In this document: positions 9,826-19,692 of the stretch, one piece after another | Numbering within the stretch: position 1 is the stretch's first letter | Layout: each line of letters begins with the position of its first letter | From: Nibricoccus sp. | GTDB taxonomy: Bacteria; Verrucomicrobiota; Verrucomicrobiia; Opitutales; Opitutaceae | Length of the DNA: 64,000 nucleotides | Direction: 5' to 3' | Assembly: GCA_047602425.1 (NCBI GenBank) | Contig: JASGHG010000001.1 | Coordinates: forward strand, 3,744,001-3,808,000 | The notes under the pieces: generated by a model | Told to the model about the DNA's origin: nothing | Seen by the model: the letters and a program-made list of their open reading frames with translations, nothing else | Database searches by the model: none | Translations under genes and position numbers: made by a program

Positions 9826-11100
9826 ATGTCCGAATCACCACGCTCCCGTCGTAACATCGTTATTATTCTTTTGCTGCTCTTGCTGGCGCTACTTGCGCTG
9901 ATCCTGTTTCGCTGCTCATGCAGCTCGCCAAAGAAGCTGCCAACCCAGCCGCTAGCGACAGAAGCAGTACCAACCGCGTCCACAGGTGCTCCGCAGCCGA
10001 CGGAAATCCAGAAGCCCAAGGACGAAATTCTAACACCGGCCACGATCGTTGTTCCTGCGGTGGTGAAGGCCGGCGCGGCTTTTACCGTTCAATGGACCGG
10101 GCCCAATAATCCCGAAGACTACCTAACCATCGTGGTGAAGGAAGCGCCCGAACAAGCTTATGCGAACTATCAACAGACGCGCTTGGGCAGCCCGCTGGAG
10201 TTGACCGCGCCGATGCAGGCCGGCGGATACGAGGTGCGTTATGTCGCGGCACGTTCGAAAAAGATTTTGGGCCGGGCTTCGATCGAAGTAAAACCGGTCG
10301 AAGCGACCTTGACTGCGCCCGAGGAAGCGGTCGCGGGAACGGTCATTTCCGTGGGCTGGACCGGACCGAACAACGCGGGTGACTATGTTACAGTGGTGCC
10401 GAAGGGCACGCCGGACGGGCAATATGGAAATTACACCGAAACCGCCAAAGGCGCGCTGCTGAACTTGACGTTACCGCCAACTGCCGGTGAGGCCGAGTTA
10501 CGCTATATGAGCGCGCAAGGCCGGCTCGTTTTGGGAAGACGGGCGATCAAGATTGTTGCGGCGGCAGTGAGTCTTGTCGCGGCCGACGAGGCGATTGCCG
10601 GGTCGCTTTTGACGATCAATTGGACAGGTCCAAAAAATGCGGGCGACTACATTACGATTGTCGCGAAAACGAAGCCCGACGGCCAATATGGCAATTACAC
10701 GGAGGTGTCGAAGGGTTCTCCTTTGACTGTGCTTGTGCCAATCGAACCGGGTGAAGCCGAACTGCGCTACATGACAGGGCAGGGGGCGAAAGTACTCGCA
10801 CGGCGTGGGCTTCAGGTCATCGCGGCCAAAGTCTCGCTGGACGCTCCGTCGGAGATCGTGGCGGGCGCGCCCGTTTCGGTGGCATGGAGCGGGCCCAATC
10901 ATGGAGGCGATTATATCACCATCGTGGCGAAGAGCGCTCGCGACGGCCAGTACGCCGCTTATGCCAACACGACGGCGGGTTCTCCATTAAAAATATCCGC
11001 GCCGAAAGAAACTGGTGAGGTCGAGGTGCGTTACATGAGTGGACAAGGTTCGAAGGTGCTTGCCCGTCGCACGATCACGATTGTGCCGAAAACAGAGTGA
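9826..11100 (+). CDS. Membrane-anchored protein with four ~88-aa beta-sandwich repeats
   Basis: N-terminal TM helix, Pro/Thr linker, then four repeats containing W[TS]GPxN..DY.T.V...Y..Y...G..L...P...G..E.RY. Confidence 0.85.
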   Translation: MSESPRSRRNIVIILLLLLLALLALILFRCSCSSPKKLPTQPLATEAVPTASTGAPQPTEIQKPKDEILTPATIVVPAVVKAGAAFTVQWTGPNNPEDYLTIVVKEAPEQAYANYQQTRLGSPLELTAPMQAGGYEVRYVAARSKKILGRASIEVKPVEATLTAPEEAVAGTVISVGWTGPNNAGDYVTVVPKGTPDGQYGNYTETAKGALLNLTLPPTAGEAELRYMSAQGRLVLGRRAIKIVAAAVSLVAADEAIAGSLLTINWTGPKNAGDYITIVAKTKPDGQYGNYTEVSKGSPLTVLVPIEPGEAELRYMTGQGAKVLARRGLQVIAAKVSLDAPSEIVAGAPVSVAWSGPNHGGDYITIVAKSARDGQYAAYANTTAGSPLKISAPKETGEVEVRYMSGQGSKVLARRTITIVPKTE

Positions 11101-11141
11101 GGGCTGCTGCGCCCAAGATGCCAGTTGCCGCGGGCTTCGGA

Positions 11142-11762
11142 TCAGTTTCCGCACTGAACCGCATTTATCGTTTTCGAATGGCCGCAATCACACGCCGACG
11201 TATTTCGAGGAACAGCCGCGATCACACGGCCGAGGCGGTCGAACTCAAAATGGCAGCAGCGATCGAGCATTTCACGTAGGAGCAGGCGCGCCCGACGGAC
11301 GCGGCTTTTTGTCGCGGTAAGCGTGAGGCCGAGACTGGCGGCGACGCTGGCGAGGGCTTCACCTTGAAATTCATGACGAACCAATGGTTCGCGGTAAACA
11401 GGCGGCAATTGCGCGATGAAACGCCGGAGTGAGGGCGTGAGATCGACGAGGTTTTGCCCACCGAGGTCGTCATCGGCGGCATCGTCCATGAACGGCACGG
11501 TTTCACGTTTCTCCCGATGGAGATCGACGAGCGCATTGCGCGCGATGCGATAGACCCAGCCTTGGAGCTTCGAGGTATCTCGGAGTGTCGGCAGTTGCTT
11601 GTGAATCCGCATGAACACGTCCTGCAAGAGATCGTCAGCATCGGCCGCTGAACGTGTGCGCGAACGAAGGAAATTGCGGAGTGGCGCGGACAATTCGCGC
11701 CACAGATCTTCGATAACGGCCTCGGATTCGACGGACGGGGCGGACTGGTTGGCCGGGATCAT
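11142..11762 (-). CDS. sigZ: ECF sigma factor, SigZ-like
   Basis: [32 protein letters not shown] and a C-terminal [10 protein letters not shown] tail; start ATG overlaps the arsM stop (ATGA). Confidence 0.85.
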   Translation of the reverse strand: MIPANQSAPSVESEAVIEDLWRELSAPLRNFLRSRTRSAADADDLLQDVFMRIHKQLPTLRDTSKLQGWVYRIARNALVDLHREKRETVPFMDDAADDDLGGQNLVDLTPSLRRFIAQLPPVYREPLVRHEFQGEALASVAASLGLTLTATKSRVRRARLLLREMLDRCCHFEFDRLGRVIAAVPRNTSACDCGHSKTINAVQCGN

Positions 11763-12640
11763 TCGTTGCAGCACGAGGGTGCGCAGCAGGATTTGCCGTC
11801 GGGTTTTTGCGCGGTGACTTCGGCGGCGTAAACTTGGGATTCGAAACCACGTTTGGATTCCCAACTGGTGATAACCTCGTCGCTATTATTTTTTGGGCGT
11901 ATCAGGATGTTGGTGAAACCGTTCTCGGCCAGAATCGTTTTCAGTTCATTTTCGAGCGTGGCGCCGGCGAGACAGCCACTGTGCAGTGCGAGGTCCTGTT
12001 TGACCTTTTCAGACAGTTCGGTACGGGCGACGACGTCGGATACGGCAATGCGGCCACCGGGTTTCAAAACGCGAAAGGCCTCGCTGTAGACAGGGCGTTT
12101 GTCAGGGCAGAGATTGATGACGCAATTGGAAATGATCACATCGACGGTCGAATCGGCCACGGGCAAGGCTTCGATTTCACCGAGACGAAATTCCACATTT
12201 TTATAGCCGCCTTTTTGGGCGTTGGCGCGGGCTTTTGACAGCATCTCGGAGGTCATGTCGACGCCGATGACCCGGCCGGTGGGGCCCACTGCGCGCACGG
12301 CGAGAAAAGCGTCGAACCCAGCGCCAGAGCCAAGGTCGAGCACAGTCTGGCCGGGTTGAAGCGAGGCTATCGCGACCGGGTTGCCGCAGCCGAGGCCGAG
12401 ATTGGCGCCTTCGGGAACCGCGGCCAAATCGGCATCGGAATAACCGAGGGTGCGCGCCTGGGAGTCGGAACTGCAACCGCAGCTGTTTTTGTCGGCGGGT
12501 ATGGAGGGCGTGTTGCTACAGCAACCGGTGCTGGCGGACGCGCCGCTTGTGCTGAGCGTGGTTTCGCCGCTGGCGATGGAGCCGTAGCGCCGACGAACCT
12601 CGGCTTTGAGTGTTTCGGAATCAGGAGTGTTTGTTTTCAT
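11759..12640 (-). CDS. arsM: Arsenite S-adenosylmethionine methyltransferase
   Basis: [34 protein letters not shown] and GCLAGA motifs; located in the ars operon. Confidence 0.93.
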   Translation of the reverse strand: MKTNTPDSETLKAEVRRRYGSIASGETTLSTSGASASTGCCSNTPSIPADKNSCGCSSDSQARTLGYSDADLAAVPEGANLGLGCGNPVAIASLQPGQTVLDLGSGAGFDAFLAVRAVGPTGRVIGVDMTSEMLSKARANAQKGGYKNVEFRLGEIEALPVADSTVDVIISNCVINLCPDKRPVYSEAFRVLKPGGRIAVSDVVARTELSEKVKQDLALHSGCLAGATLENELKTILAENGFTNILIRPKNNSDEVITSWESKRGFESQVYAAEVTAQKPDGKSCCAPSCCNE

Positions 12641-12650
12641 GTCACCTTGG

Positions 12651-12678
12651 AAGACGGAACGACTCCGGAAAGGACGCA
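12651..12678 (-). promoter_or_regulatory. Candidate ECF-type internal promoter for arsM-sigZ
   Basis: Minus strand reads TGCGTCC-N15-CGTCTT, ending 10 nt before the arsM ATG; CGTC is a typical ECF -10 element. Confidence 0.5.
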
Positions 12679-12740
12679 GACTTTTTTGTTTTTCGACGCA
12701 ACGCGCGATTGTGCCTGCGGGAAGATGAAAGAGTAATCTA

Positions 12741-13805
12741 TTAGGTTACTTTGGATGGACGGCCAGTGAAGCGGTTTTGGAGGCGGAGCGCAACGTGGAC
12801 TAGGCAAATGAGCGCGGGGACTTCGATCAACGGGCCCACGACGGCGGCGAATGCGACGTCGGAATTCAGGCCGAAGACTGCAATGGCCACGGCGATGGCG
12901 AGTTCGAAATTGTTTCCCGCCGAGGTGAAGGCGAGCGTGGTTGAACGCGGATAGTCGGCGCCGAGTTTTTTTGCCATGAGGAAGCTGACGAGAAACATCA
13001 CGGCGAAATAAATCACGAGTGGGACTGCGATGCGCAAGACATCGATGGGCAAACGCACAATCGCGTCGCCTTTGAAGGTGAACATCATGACAATGGTGAA
13101 AAGCAGCGCGGTTAGCGTGATCGGCGAGATGCGTGGAATGAACTTCTTTTCGTACCAGTCTTCGCCCTTGAGCGGGACAAGGATCGCGCGGCTGAGCACT
13201 CCGGCGGCAAACGGGATGCCGAGATAAATCATAACGCTGCGGAAGATGTCACCCATGGCGACAGGCACGACAACGCCTTTGAGGCCGAAATACGGAGGCA
13301 AAACCGTGATAAAGAGCCAAGCGTAGAAGCTATATGTAAGGATTTGCGCGATGCTGTTCAGCGCGACGAGACCTGCGGCATATTCACGGCTGCCTTTGGC
13401 GAGATCGTTCCAGACGAGCACCATGGCGATGCAACGGGCGATGCCTACGAGGAGCAGGCCGACCATGTAGCCGGGATGATCGCGGAGCAATGTGATCGCG
13501 AGAACGAACATGAGAATAGGACCAACGACCCAATTTTGCACGAGCGAGAGCGTAAGGACGCGAGTGTCGGCGAAGAGGCGCGGAAGTTGTGCGTATTTCA
13601 CCTTCGCGAGCGGAGGATACATCATCAGGATGAGCCCGATGGCGATGGGAAGATTGGTCGTGCCCACGGTCATTGGCGCGAAAAACGCGACGGGATCGCT
13701 GATCACGAAATGCCCGAGCAGGACGCCAACCGCCATGGCGGCGAAAATCCAGACAGTCAGGTAGCGGTCAAGGAAGGAGAGGTTTTTGGCGATGGAGTCC
13801 GACAT
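12741..13805 (-). CDS. acr3: Arsenite efflux transporter, Acr3 family
   Basis: [40 protein letters not shown] and GPLIEVP motifs. Confidence 0.96.
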   Translation of the reverse strand: MSDSIAKNLSFLDRYLTVWIFAAMAVGVLLGHFVISDPVAFFAPMTVGTTNLPIAIGLILMMYPPLAKVKYAQLPRLFADTRVLTLSLVQNWVVGPILMFVLAITLLRDHPGYMVGLLLVGIARCIAMVLVWNDLAKGSREYAAGLVALNSIAQILTYSFYAWLFITVLPPYFGLKGVVVPVAMGDIFRSVMIYLGIPFAAGVLSRAILVPLKGEDWYEKKFIPRISPITLTALLFTIVMMFTFKGDAIVRLPIDVLRIAVPLVIYFAVMFLVSFLMAKKLGADYPRSTTLAFTSAGNNFELAIAVAIAVFGLNSDVAFAAVVGPLIEVPALICLVHVALRLQNRFTGRPSKVT

Positions 13806-13852
13806 GTGAAATGGGGAGATTGGAAGGTTAGTAAACGAGGCTCAAGGCATGG

Positions 13853-14004
13853 GTCACAGAGTGCACAGAGCGCGGACACAGAGGCAGCGGGAGGCCACAA
13901 GGTAGGTTGCAATGAAGTGGTTAGCTCGACTGTTGGTTCTCAAGAAAGAGCGGAACTGGGTTTTCTCTGTGAACTCCGTGTAGAAGCTCTGTGTTCTTTG
14001 TGGC
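13853..14004. repeat. Inverted pair of CACAGAG arrays (mostly 9-nt period)
   Basis: Left arm GTCACAGAGTGCACAGAGCGCGGACACAGAG; right arm reverse complement GCCACAAAGAACACAGAGCTTCTACACGGAGTTCACAGAG. Confidence 0.75.
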
Positions 14005-14018
14005 GAAAGATTTAGTTG

Positions 14019-14462
14019 TTAGGTTTTAGACTTTGATGCATCGCGGCGGCCGTCGGCGTAGGCGGTGAACTGGCGGCGGATTTCGTCGCGGACTTGCCGG
14101 AAGATCGCTAGCTTTTCGGCATCGGTGCCGGTCGCGTGGGCGGGGTCGTAAAAAGGCCAGTGGTGGCGGTTGACCTGACCGGGGAAAATTGGGCAGGCCT
14201 GGTCGGCGTTGCCGCAGACGGTGATAACGGTTTCAATTGGTTCGGTCATGAATTCGTTCCACGATTTTGAGCGGTGTGCAGATATGTCGATACCAATTTC
14301 CTTCATGACGGCGATGGCGAGCGGGTGGACGTAGCCGGCGGGTTTGGAACCGGCGCTGACGACGTTGAGAATATCGCCTGCGACGGATTTGAGGATGCCT
14401 TCAGCAAGATGGCTGCGGCACGAGTTGCCGGTGCAAAGGATGAGAACGGTTGGTTTGCTCAT
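14019..14462 (-). CDS. arsC: Arsenate reductase, LMW-PTP family
   Basis: LCTGNSCRS P-loop, VITVC, ACP and HWPFYDP motifs. Confidence 0.93.
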   Translation of the reverse strand: MSKPTVLILCTGNSCRSHLAEGILKSVAGDILNVVSAGSKPAGYVHPLAIAVMKEIGIDISAHRSKSWNEFMTEPIETVITVCGNADQACPIFPGQVNRHHWPFYDPAHATGTDAEKLAIFRQVRDEIRRQFTAYADGRRDASKSKT

Positions 14463-14472
14463 GAGGGAAAAA

Positions 14473-14835
14473 TCAGGAAGTGCGCATGCCACACGGACAA
14501 TCGCTCTTGCTTAGACGAACGCGAAGTCTGGCGAGTTTGGCGGCGTCGCGGGCGAAAACGGGGTCTTCGGTCACGCAGTCCTGGAGGCAGGCGAGATTGG
14601 CGCGAAGTTCGCGGGACGGCTTGGGAGGCAACCGGTACATCATCCAATTTCCCTCGCGCTCGGCCTCGACGAGGCCGCGGGTTTTCAGGTAGGCGAGGTG
14701 TTTCGAGACTTTGACCTGTGGCTCCTTGAGAATGTCTTGAATGTGGCAAACGCAGAGTGGGCCGCCGTCAAGCAGCGCCAGGATGCGCAGGCGGGTGCGG
14801 TCACAAAGGCATTCGTAGATGCGAATAAGGTTCAC
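14473..14835 (-). CDS. arsR: ArsR/SmtB-family repressor
   Basis: DRTRLRIL, LCVCHI (As-binding CxC) and VSKHLAYLK motifs; GTG start at 14835. Confidence 0.9.
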   Translation of the reverse strand: MNLIRIYECLCDRTRLRILALLDGGPLCVCHIQDILKEPQVKVSKHLAYLKTRGLVEAEREGNWMMYRLPPKPSRELRANLACLQDCVTEDPVFARDAAKLARLRVRLSKSDCPCGMRTS

Positions 14836-14840
14836 GCGGC

Positions 14841-14880
14841 CAATATGCAGAAGTCGGTATATTCCGCAATAGGCATATTG
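14841..14880. promoter_or_regulatory. Candidate ArsR operator
   Basis: CAATATGC...GCATATTG inverted repeat containing two overlapping ATAT-N12-ATAT boxes directly upstream of arsR. Confidence 0.55.
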
Positions 14881-14949
14881 TGACGAAGGCGAAAACTGGT
14901 TGGGAATTACGCGGCTTGCATGGCTGCGACAGAGTGTTTCATTCGCTGC

Positions 14950-15657
14950 ATGATTCAAAACGACTGGGTGATCGGCTTCGATGCAGACGATACGTTGTGG
15001 CACAACGAGACCATTTTCGAAGAGGTGCACAAGAGGTACCGCGCCTTGCTCGGTCATTATCACGAAGTAGCTACGGTGGATCGCACGCTCTTCGCCACCG
15101 AAATGCGCAATCTCGAACTCTACGGCTATGGCATCAAAAGCTTCATGCTTTCGGCGATCGAAACCGCGATCGATCTGACGCAGGGAAAGATTGGCACCGA
15201 TGAAATCCGGCAGTTAATCGCGCTCGGACAAGAAATGTTGAATCATCCGGTGGAGCTGTTGGACGGTGTGGCGGAAACGTTGCGAACGTTGGCTCCCAAA
15301 CACCGCATGGTGCTGATTACGAAAGGAGACTTGCGCGATCAGGAGCGTAAGGTAGCCAAGTCGGACCTCGCGCAATTTTTCGAGGCGGTGGAAATTGTTT
15401 CGGAAAAAAACGTGGACACTTACCAGCGGATTCTTTTGCGGCGGGGGATTGTTGCCGAACGGTTTCTGATGGTTGGAAACTCGGTGAAATCGGATATTCT
15501 TCCTGTGCTGAAGCTGGGTGGGGCCGGCGTATATATCCCTTATCATATCACTTGGGCGGGAGAGCAGGTGGAGGAAATGCCGACGCAGGATGCGCGCTTT
15601 TTCAGGATCGAAAACATCCGCTCGCTGCCGCAAATTCTCAAAACATGGCAAACATGA
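14950..15657 (+). CDS. HAD-superfamily hydrolase
   Basis: FDADDTLW motif I, ITKGD, MVGNSVKSDI. Confidence 0.9.
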   Translation: MIQNDWVIGFDADDTLWHNETIFEEVHKRYRALLGHYHEVATVDRTLFATEMRNLELYGYGIKSFMLSAIETAIDLTQGKIGTDEIRQLIALGQEMLNHPVELLDGVAETLRTLAPKHRMVLITKGDLRDQERKVAKSDLAQFFEAVEIVSEKNVDTYQRILLRRGIVAERFLMVGNSVKSDILPVLKLGGAGVYIPYHITWAGEQVEEMPTQDARFFRIENIRSLPQILKTWQT

Positions 15658-15881
15658 ATCCGCCCAAATCCAACGATCCATTGCACGGCGTTACGCTGGA
15701 GAAAATCGTCACGCGTTTGGCGGAGGAGTTTGGTTGGGAAGAACTCGGGCGCCGCATCCCGGTGAGATGTTTTCTTTTCGATCCAAGCGTGAAATCGAGC
15801 CTGACGTTTTTGCGCAAAACGCCCTGGGCGCGCAAAAAGGTTGAGGAGCTTTACGTGCGATCGTTACCGCCGGCGCCATGA
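15654..15881 (+). CDS. VF530/DUF2132-family small protein
   Basis: DPLHGVTLE...GWEEL...CF..DPSVKSSLTFLRKTPWARKKVE; ATGA overlap with the HAD gene. Confidence 0.88.
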   Translation: MNPPKSNDPLHGVTLEKIVTRLAEEFGWEELGRRIPVRCFLFDPSVKSSLTFLRKTPWARKKVEELYVRSLPPAP

Positions 15882-18800
15882 AAGCCTGCGGAAGGCGACG
15901 AGAGTAAGCAGAGAAGATAGCAACCAAGCTGGCGTGGATCCCCCGCCGCCTCCGCCGCCACTCGGCGCAGGTGTACTGCCGGAGCTGGAACCGCCGCCCG
16001 AAGAACTGGAGCTACTGCTTGAAGAGGAGGAACTGGAGGACGAACTGGACGAAGACGAACTCGAGCTACTGCTGGACGAAGACGAAGAGCTGCTGCTCGA
16101 ACTCGACGACGATGACGAACTGGAACTGCTACTGCTCGAACTGGGGCCGGTGTATTCGTCGGCGCCGATATCGTAAGCCTGGCCATTGGGGCGGGGATCG
16201 CCGTCGATATCGGTCGTGAGAGCGGTGATGGTCGTGCCGGCATTCACCACGCTTGCGACCGAGGACAAAAGATGAAGGTCGCAGGCGGCAGGCGAGACGA
16301 ACCAGGAGCCAGAAGCAGAAGTGAAATTGGTGGAAAGGGTCGCACTGGCTCCGTTTAGGCCGACGATGGGTTTATTGGTGAGGTTATTGCGAATCAGTGC
16401 AGCCGTGGTCCCGGCATAGTTGTACTCAATGGCGTTGGCATAGGTGCCGGTGAGGTAAAGCGTATTGTTGTCAACCTCAGCGAAGGAGGCGGACTCGAGG
16501 GAGATGGCGGGGCCGGGAAAGCTGCCGGAGGTGCGGTTGTCGGCGATAAAATTGTTTTGGATCTTTCCTCCGGTGTGGGTGGAGGACACGCCGTTGCCAA
16601 AAGCAATGGCTCGGTCGCAGTTAAGGAAAAGATTATCGGTGACGACGGTGCCGGACGCGCTGGCATGGAAAACGACGGCGGGTTCCGCGGTGACAGAGCT
16701 GCCGGCGAGGGTGTTGAAAGTATTTCCGGTGACAGTCCAATTCACGCAGCCTTGGCCGTCGATGGCGGAGGTAGCGGACGCGGAAAAAGTACAGTTGGCG
16801 ATGGAGCCTTGATCGGCGCCGGGTAGAATCGCGACGGCGCGAGCGTGGAAGTTGCGGAAGGCGAGGTTGGCGATCGAAACATGATCGCCGGAAAACGTGA
16901 AGATGGGTCCGGAGGAAAGACTGGCGGCGTCGAGGAACGCGGTCGGCGGCGTGGCGGACGGACCGCGCACGATAAGATTACTGGCGGTGACGGCGGGAAA
17001 GGGCGACGAAAGCGCGTAAGGACCGGCGGCGAGGTTGATCGTGACCGAGGCGAGCGGATTGTCGGTGGCGAAAGTGATGGCGTTGGCGAGTTCGTTGGAC
17101 GTGGAAACGTTGATGGTGACCGAACCCGTCGCGCCGGAACTGGAGGAACTGCTCGAGGAAGACGAGGAACTGGATGACGAAGAAGAGCTGCTGGAAGACG
17201 AACTGGAGGAACTCGACGACGAAGAGGAGGAACTCGAAGATGAAGAAGAGCTGCTAGAGCTTGACGAAGAAGAACTGGAGCCGGAGGAGGAGGAACTTGA
17301 GGAAGAACTGGACGAGCTTGAGGAACTCGAGGACGAGGAGGAGCTTGAAGAGGAGGACGAAGAGCCTGCGTTGACAGTGAGTGAACCGACGTTGCTCCGC
17401 GCGAGACCGAAGTCATTAGTCACGTCGACGGTGTAGGCGCCGGAGTCGGAAACTTGGGCGTTGGTGATTGTTAGGGTTGCGCTGGTGGCTCCTGGGATCG
17501 GCACGCCATAACGCGACCATTGGTAGGCGAGAGGCGCCGTCCCAGTGGCGGTGACGCTGAAGGAAGCGGTCTGGCCGGCGGTGATCGTTAGAGGCGAAAC
17601 AGGTTGTGCGGTGATTGCAGGGAGGGTGCCGACGGTCAGAATCGCGGCATGGCTGGCGGTGGTGCCGGCGGTGTTGGTGACATTGCAGCGAAATTGGTCG
17701 CCGCTCATCGCGAGCGTGGCGACGACGCGAAATGACGCGGTCGTGGTACCCGTGTAGCCGGAGCCGTCGGTCAAGTCGCTCCACGTCGAACTGCCGGCGG
17801 CCAGACGTTGCCATTGGTATAGAAAGTAGCCGTAAGTGGTGGCATTGTCGCCCGCGGTGACATTAAACGGAGTGGAGCTTCCGACGGCGACGGCCTTGTC
17901 GGTGGGCTGGGTGGTGAGGGTGGGCACGGTTTCGTTGACGCGCAGCAATGCGGCGGTACTCGTCGCGGTGCCGAGTGAATCTGTGACGACGCAGAGAAAC
18001 TGATCCTGATCCATGGCGGGCGTAACGGTGACAATGAGCGTAGGGGTCGTGGCGCCGCCGACGCCCGAGCCATTCGATAAAAGGTTCCATGTGCTGGTTC
18101 GGGCGGATTGCCGAAACCATTGATAGTTGGACTGGGCAACGTTGCCGACGGAAACGATGCTGAAGGTGGCATCGCTTCCCGCGACGACAGTTTGTGGAAC
18201 GGGCTGCGTGGAGACTGTGATTAGAGATGCGGCGTGTTGCACTTCGACGACGAAATGGGCGAAGGCTTTTTTGCCTGCGGCATCGGCGGCTTTGAGTGCG
18301 AAGAAGTGAACTCCATCGGGGAGTCCTGTGATTTGCACTGTATTGCCAACCACGGCACCGCAAGTGGACGCAGGGACGAGGGTGACGGTCGGTGCGGGCC
18401 CGCCGGGATCGGCGGCATTGAAATTGATCGTGGCATTGCCGTCGGTGGACGTGACGTAGCTGGTCGGGATGGAAAGCGTGGGTGTCGCGTTTCCGTCGAG
18501 ATCGGCGAGCAATGCTTCGGCGCTGGCGCGATATTTTGTGTTGGCGAGAAACGGCGTTTGCGCGCGATAAGTGCCGGTATCGATTGTTTCGGCATTGCAG
18601 AAATGATCGATGGATTGTTCGACATTCTGGTAAACCGCATTGATCTCGGCGAAATCGCGCGCGATGTAGACGAAGCCGAATCGGAAATGTTTGGGCGACG
18701 TGGTGTAGTCGGGATTGCGTGCCCCATAGGTGGCGACCATCGCGGCGTGATCGAAAGTGTCGACCGACGACGAGCTCATGGTGAGGTCGGCGTTGTAGAC

Positions 18801-19589
18801 AGGATTGTTGAGCACATAGGAAGTTGGCCAGCGGGCGGCGACACCGAGAAGGTAGAGCGCCTGCTCGGAAAATGTTTCGTAGTCGTTGCTGCGGGTGTTG
18901 GAAACTTTCTGCCAACGAAAGCCATTGGTGGGATCGCCGTAGATTTTATTCACGTTAATCCAACCGTCGCTGGAGAAACCCGAGCCCATCTGGCAATCGA
19001 CCGTGGAATTGTCGAGCCAATGTCCGTTGCTGAGCGAAGGCGGAGTAAGATTATAGAACGCGCGGGCGCCCCAGGCGTGGCCGATCTCGTGGTCGTACAC
19101 GGCAAGAACGGGTTTGGAAACGAGACCACCGGGCAGATTGTAGCGGCAAAAATCCGTGGTAGCCCAGGTATTCGGCGCGCCGCTAATATAGGGCATATTG
19201 ATGCCTGAACCTTTATTAGCGCGGTCGATGTAGTTCGGTGTGTTGGAGGCGCCGGTGTTGGCAATGTAGCAGATCGAAAGATAGTTCCCGGGGAACTGCG
19301 TAGTGAGCAGATCGTAGGCATTGTTCAAGCGGGTGAACGGCGAGCCATAGATTTCGTTGTACGCGGTTGTCGGCGAAGACCAAGTGACCGTGGAGTCGAT
19401 GACGAAGAGGCAGTGCTCGGTATAGTAGGCGGTCGGGCTGAGCTGAACAATGGGAACGGCGGCGGGGACGTTCAGGCAAACAATGGCGGCGAAGAGCAAT
19501 CCTTGCACGGCGCGCGACAGCCAACGGATCGGCGTGAGAGCGACACGATAAAACAATGACGCGATTGGCGAGGCAGGGCTTACGGGCAT
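15864..19589 (-). CDS. Large secreted modular protein: HEXXH domain, Ig repeats, poly-Ser linkers, beta-helix, GlyGly-CTERM-like tail
   Basis: Signal peptide; HEIGH motif; Ig repeats (QP...YQW...DQF.C); Ser tracts; parallel beta-helix with DIDG..R...YDIGADE; C-terminal G7-STPAWLLSSLLTLVAFRRLSWRRR. Confidence 0.9.
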   Translation of the reverse strand: MPVSPASPIASLFYRVALTPIRWLSRAVQGLLFAAIVCLNVPAAVPIVQLSPTAYYTEHCLFVIDSTVTWSSPTTAYNEIYGSPFTRLNNAYDLLTTQFPGNYLSICYIANTGASNTPNYIDRANKGSGINMPYISGAPNTWATTDFCRYNLPGGLVSKPVLAVYDHEIGHAWGARAFYNLTPPSLSNGHWLDNSTVDCQMGSGFSSDGWINVNKIYGDPTNGFRWQKVSNTRSNDYETFSEQALYLLGVAARWPTSYVLNNPVYNADLTMSSSSVDTFDHAAMVATYGARNPDYTTSPKHFRFGFVYIARDFAEINAVYQNVEQSIDHFCNAETIDTGTYRAQTPFLANTKYRASAEALLADLDGNATPTLSIPTSYVTSTDGNATINFNAADPGGPAPTVTLVPASTCGAVVGNTVQITGLPDGVHFFALKAADAAGKKAFAHFVVEVQHAASLITVSTQPVPQTVVAGSDATFSIVSVGNVAQSNYQWFRQSARTSTWNLLSNGSGVGGATTPTLIVTVTPAMDQDQFLCVVTDSLGTATSTAALLRVNETVPTLTTQPTDKAVAVGSSTPFNVTAGDNATTYGYFLYQWQRLAAGSSTWSDLTDGSGYTGTTTASFRVVATLAMSGDQFRCNVTNTAGTTASHAAILTVGTLPAITAQPVSPLTITAGQTASFSVTATGTAPLAYQWSRYGVPIPGATSATLTITNAQVSDSGAYTVDVTNDFGLARSNVGSLTVNAGSSSSSSSSSSSSSSSSSSSSSSSSSSSGSSSSSSSSSSSSSSSSSSSSSSSSSSSSSSSSSSSSSSSSSSSSSSSSGATGSVTINVSTSNELANAITFATDNPLASVTINLAAGPYALSSPFPAVTASNLIVRGPSATPPTAFLDAASLSSGPIFTFSGDHVSIANLAFRNFHARAVAILPGADQGSIANCTFSASATSAIDGQGCVNWTVTGNTFNTLAGSSVTAEPAVVFHASASGTVVTDNLFLNCDRAIAFGNGVSSTHTGGKIQNNFIADNRTSGSFPGPAISLESASFAEVDNNTLYLTGTYANAIEYNYAGTTAALIRNNLTNKPIVGLNGASATLSTNFTSASGSWFVSPAACDLHLLSSVASVVNAGTTITALTTDIDGDPRPNGQAYDIGADEYTGPSSSSSSSSSSSSSSSSSSSSSSSSSSSSSSSSSSSSSSSSSSSSSSSSGGGSSSGSTPAPSGGGGGGGSTPAWLLSSLLTLVAFRRLSWRRR

Positions 19590-19692
19590 GAACGAGTTGG
19601 GAATGCCCCAACATCGGGCATTTAACGCGTGCCTTTAAGCGGTCGCTGCCTTTCGAGAGGCGAGAATCCCTCTTTTAGGGGCAAACACCCAG

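Noticed and set aside
15841..17436. Glu/Asp/Leu-rich plus-strand ORFs (15841..16176, 17035..17436)
   Set aside because: Antisense reading of the poly-Ser codons.
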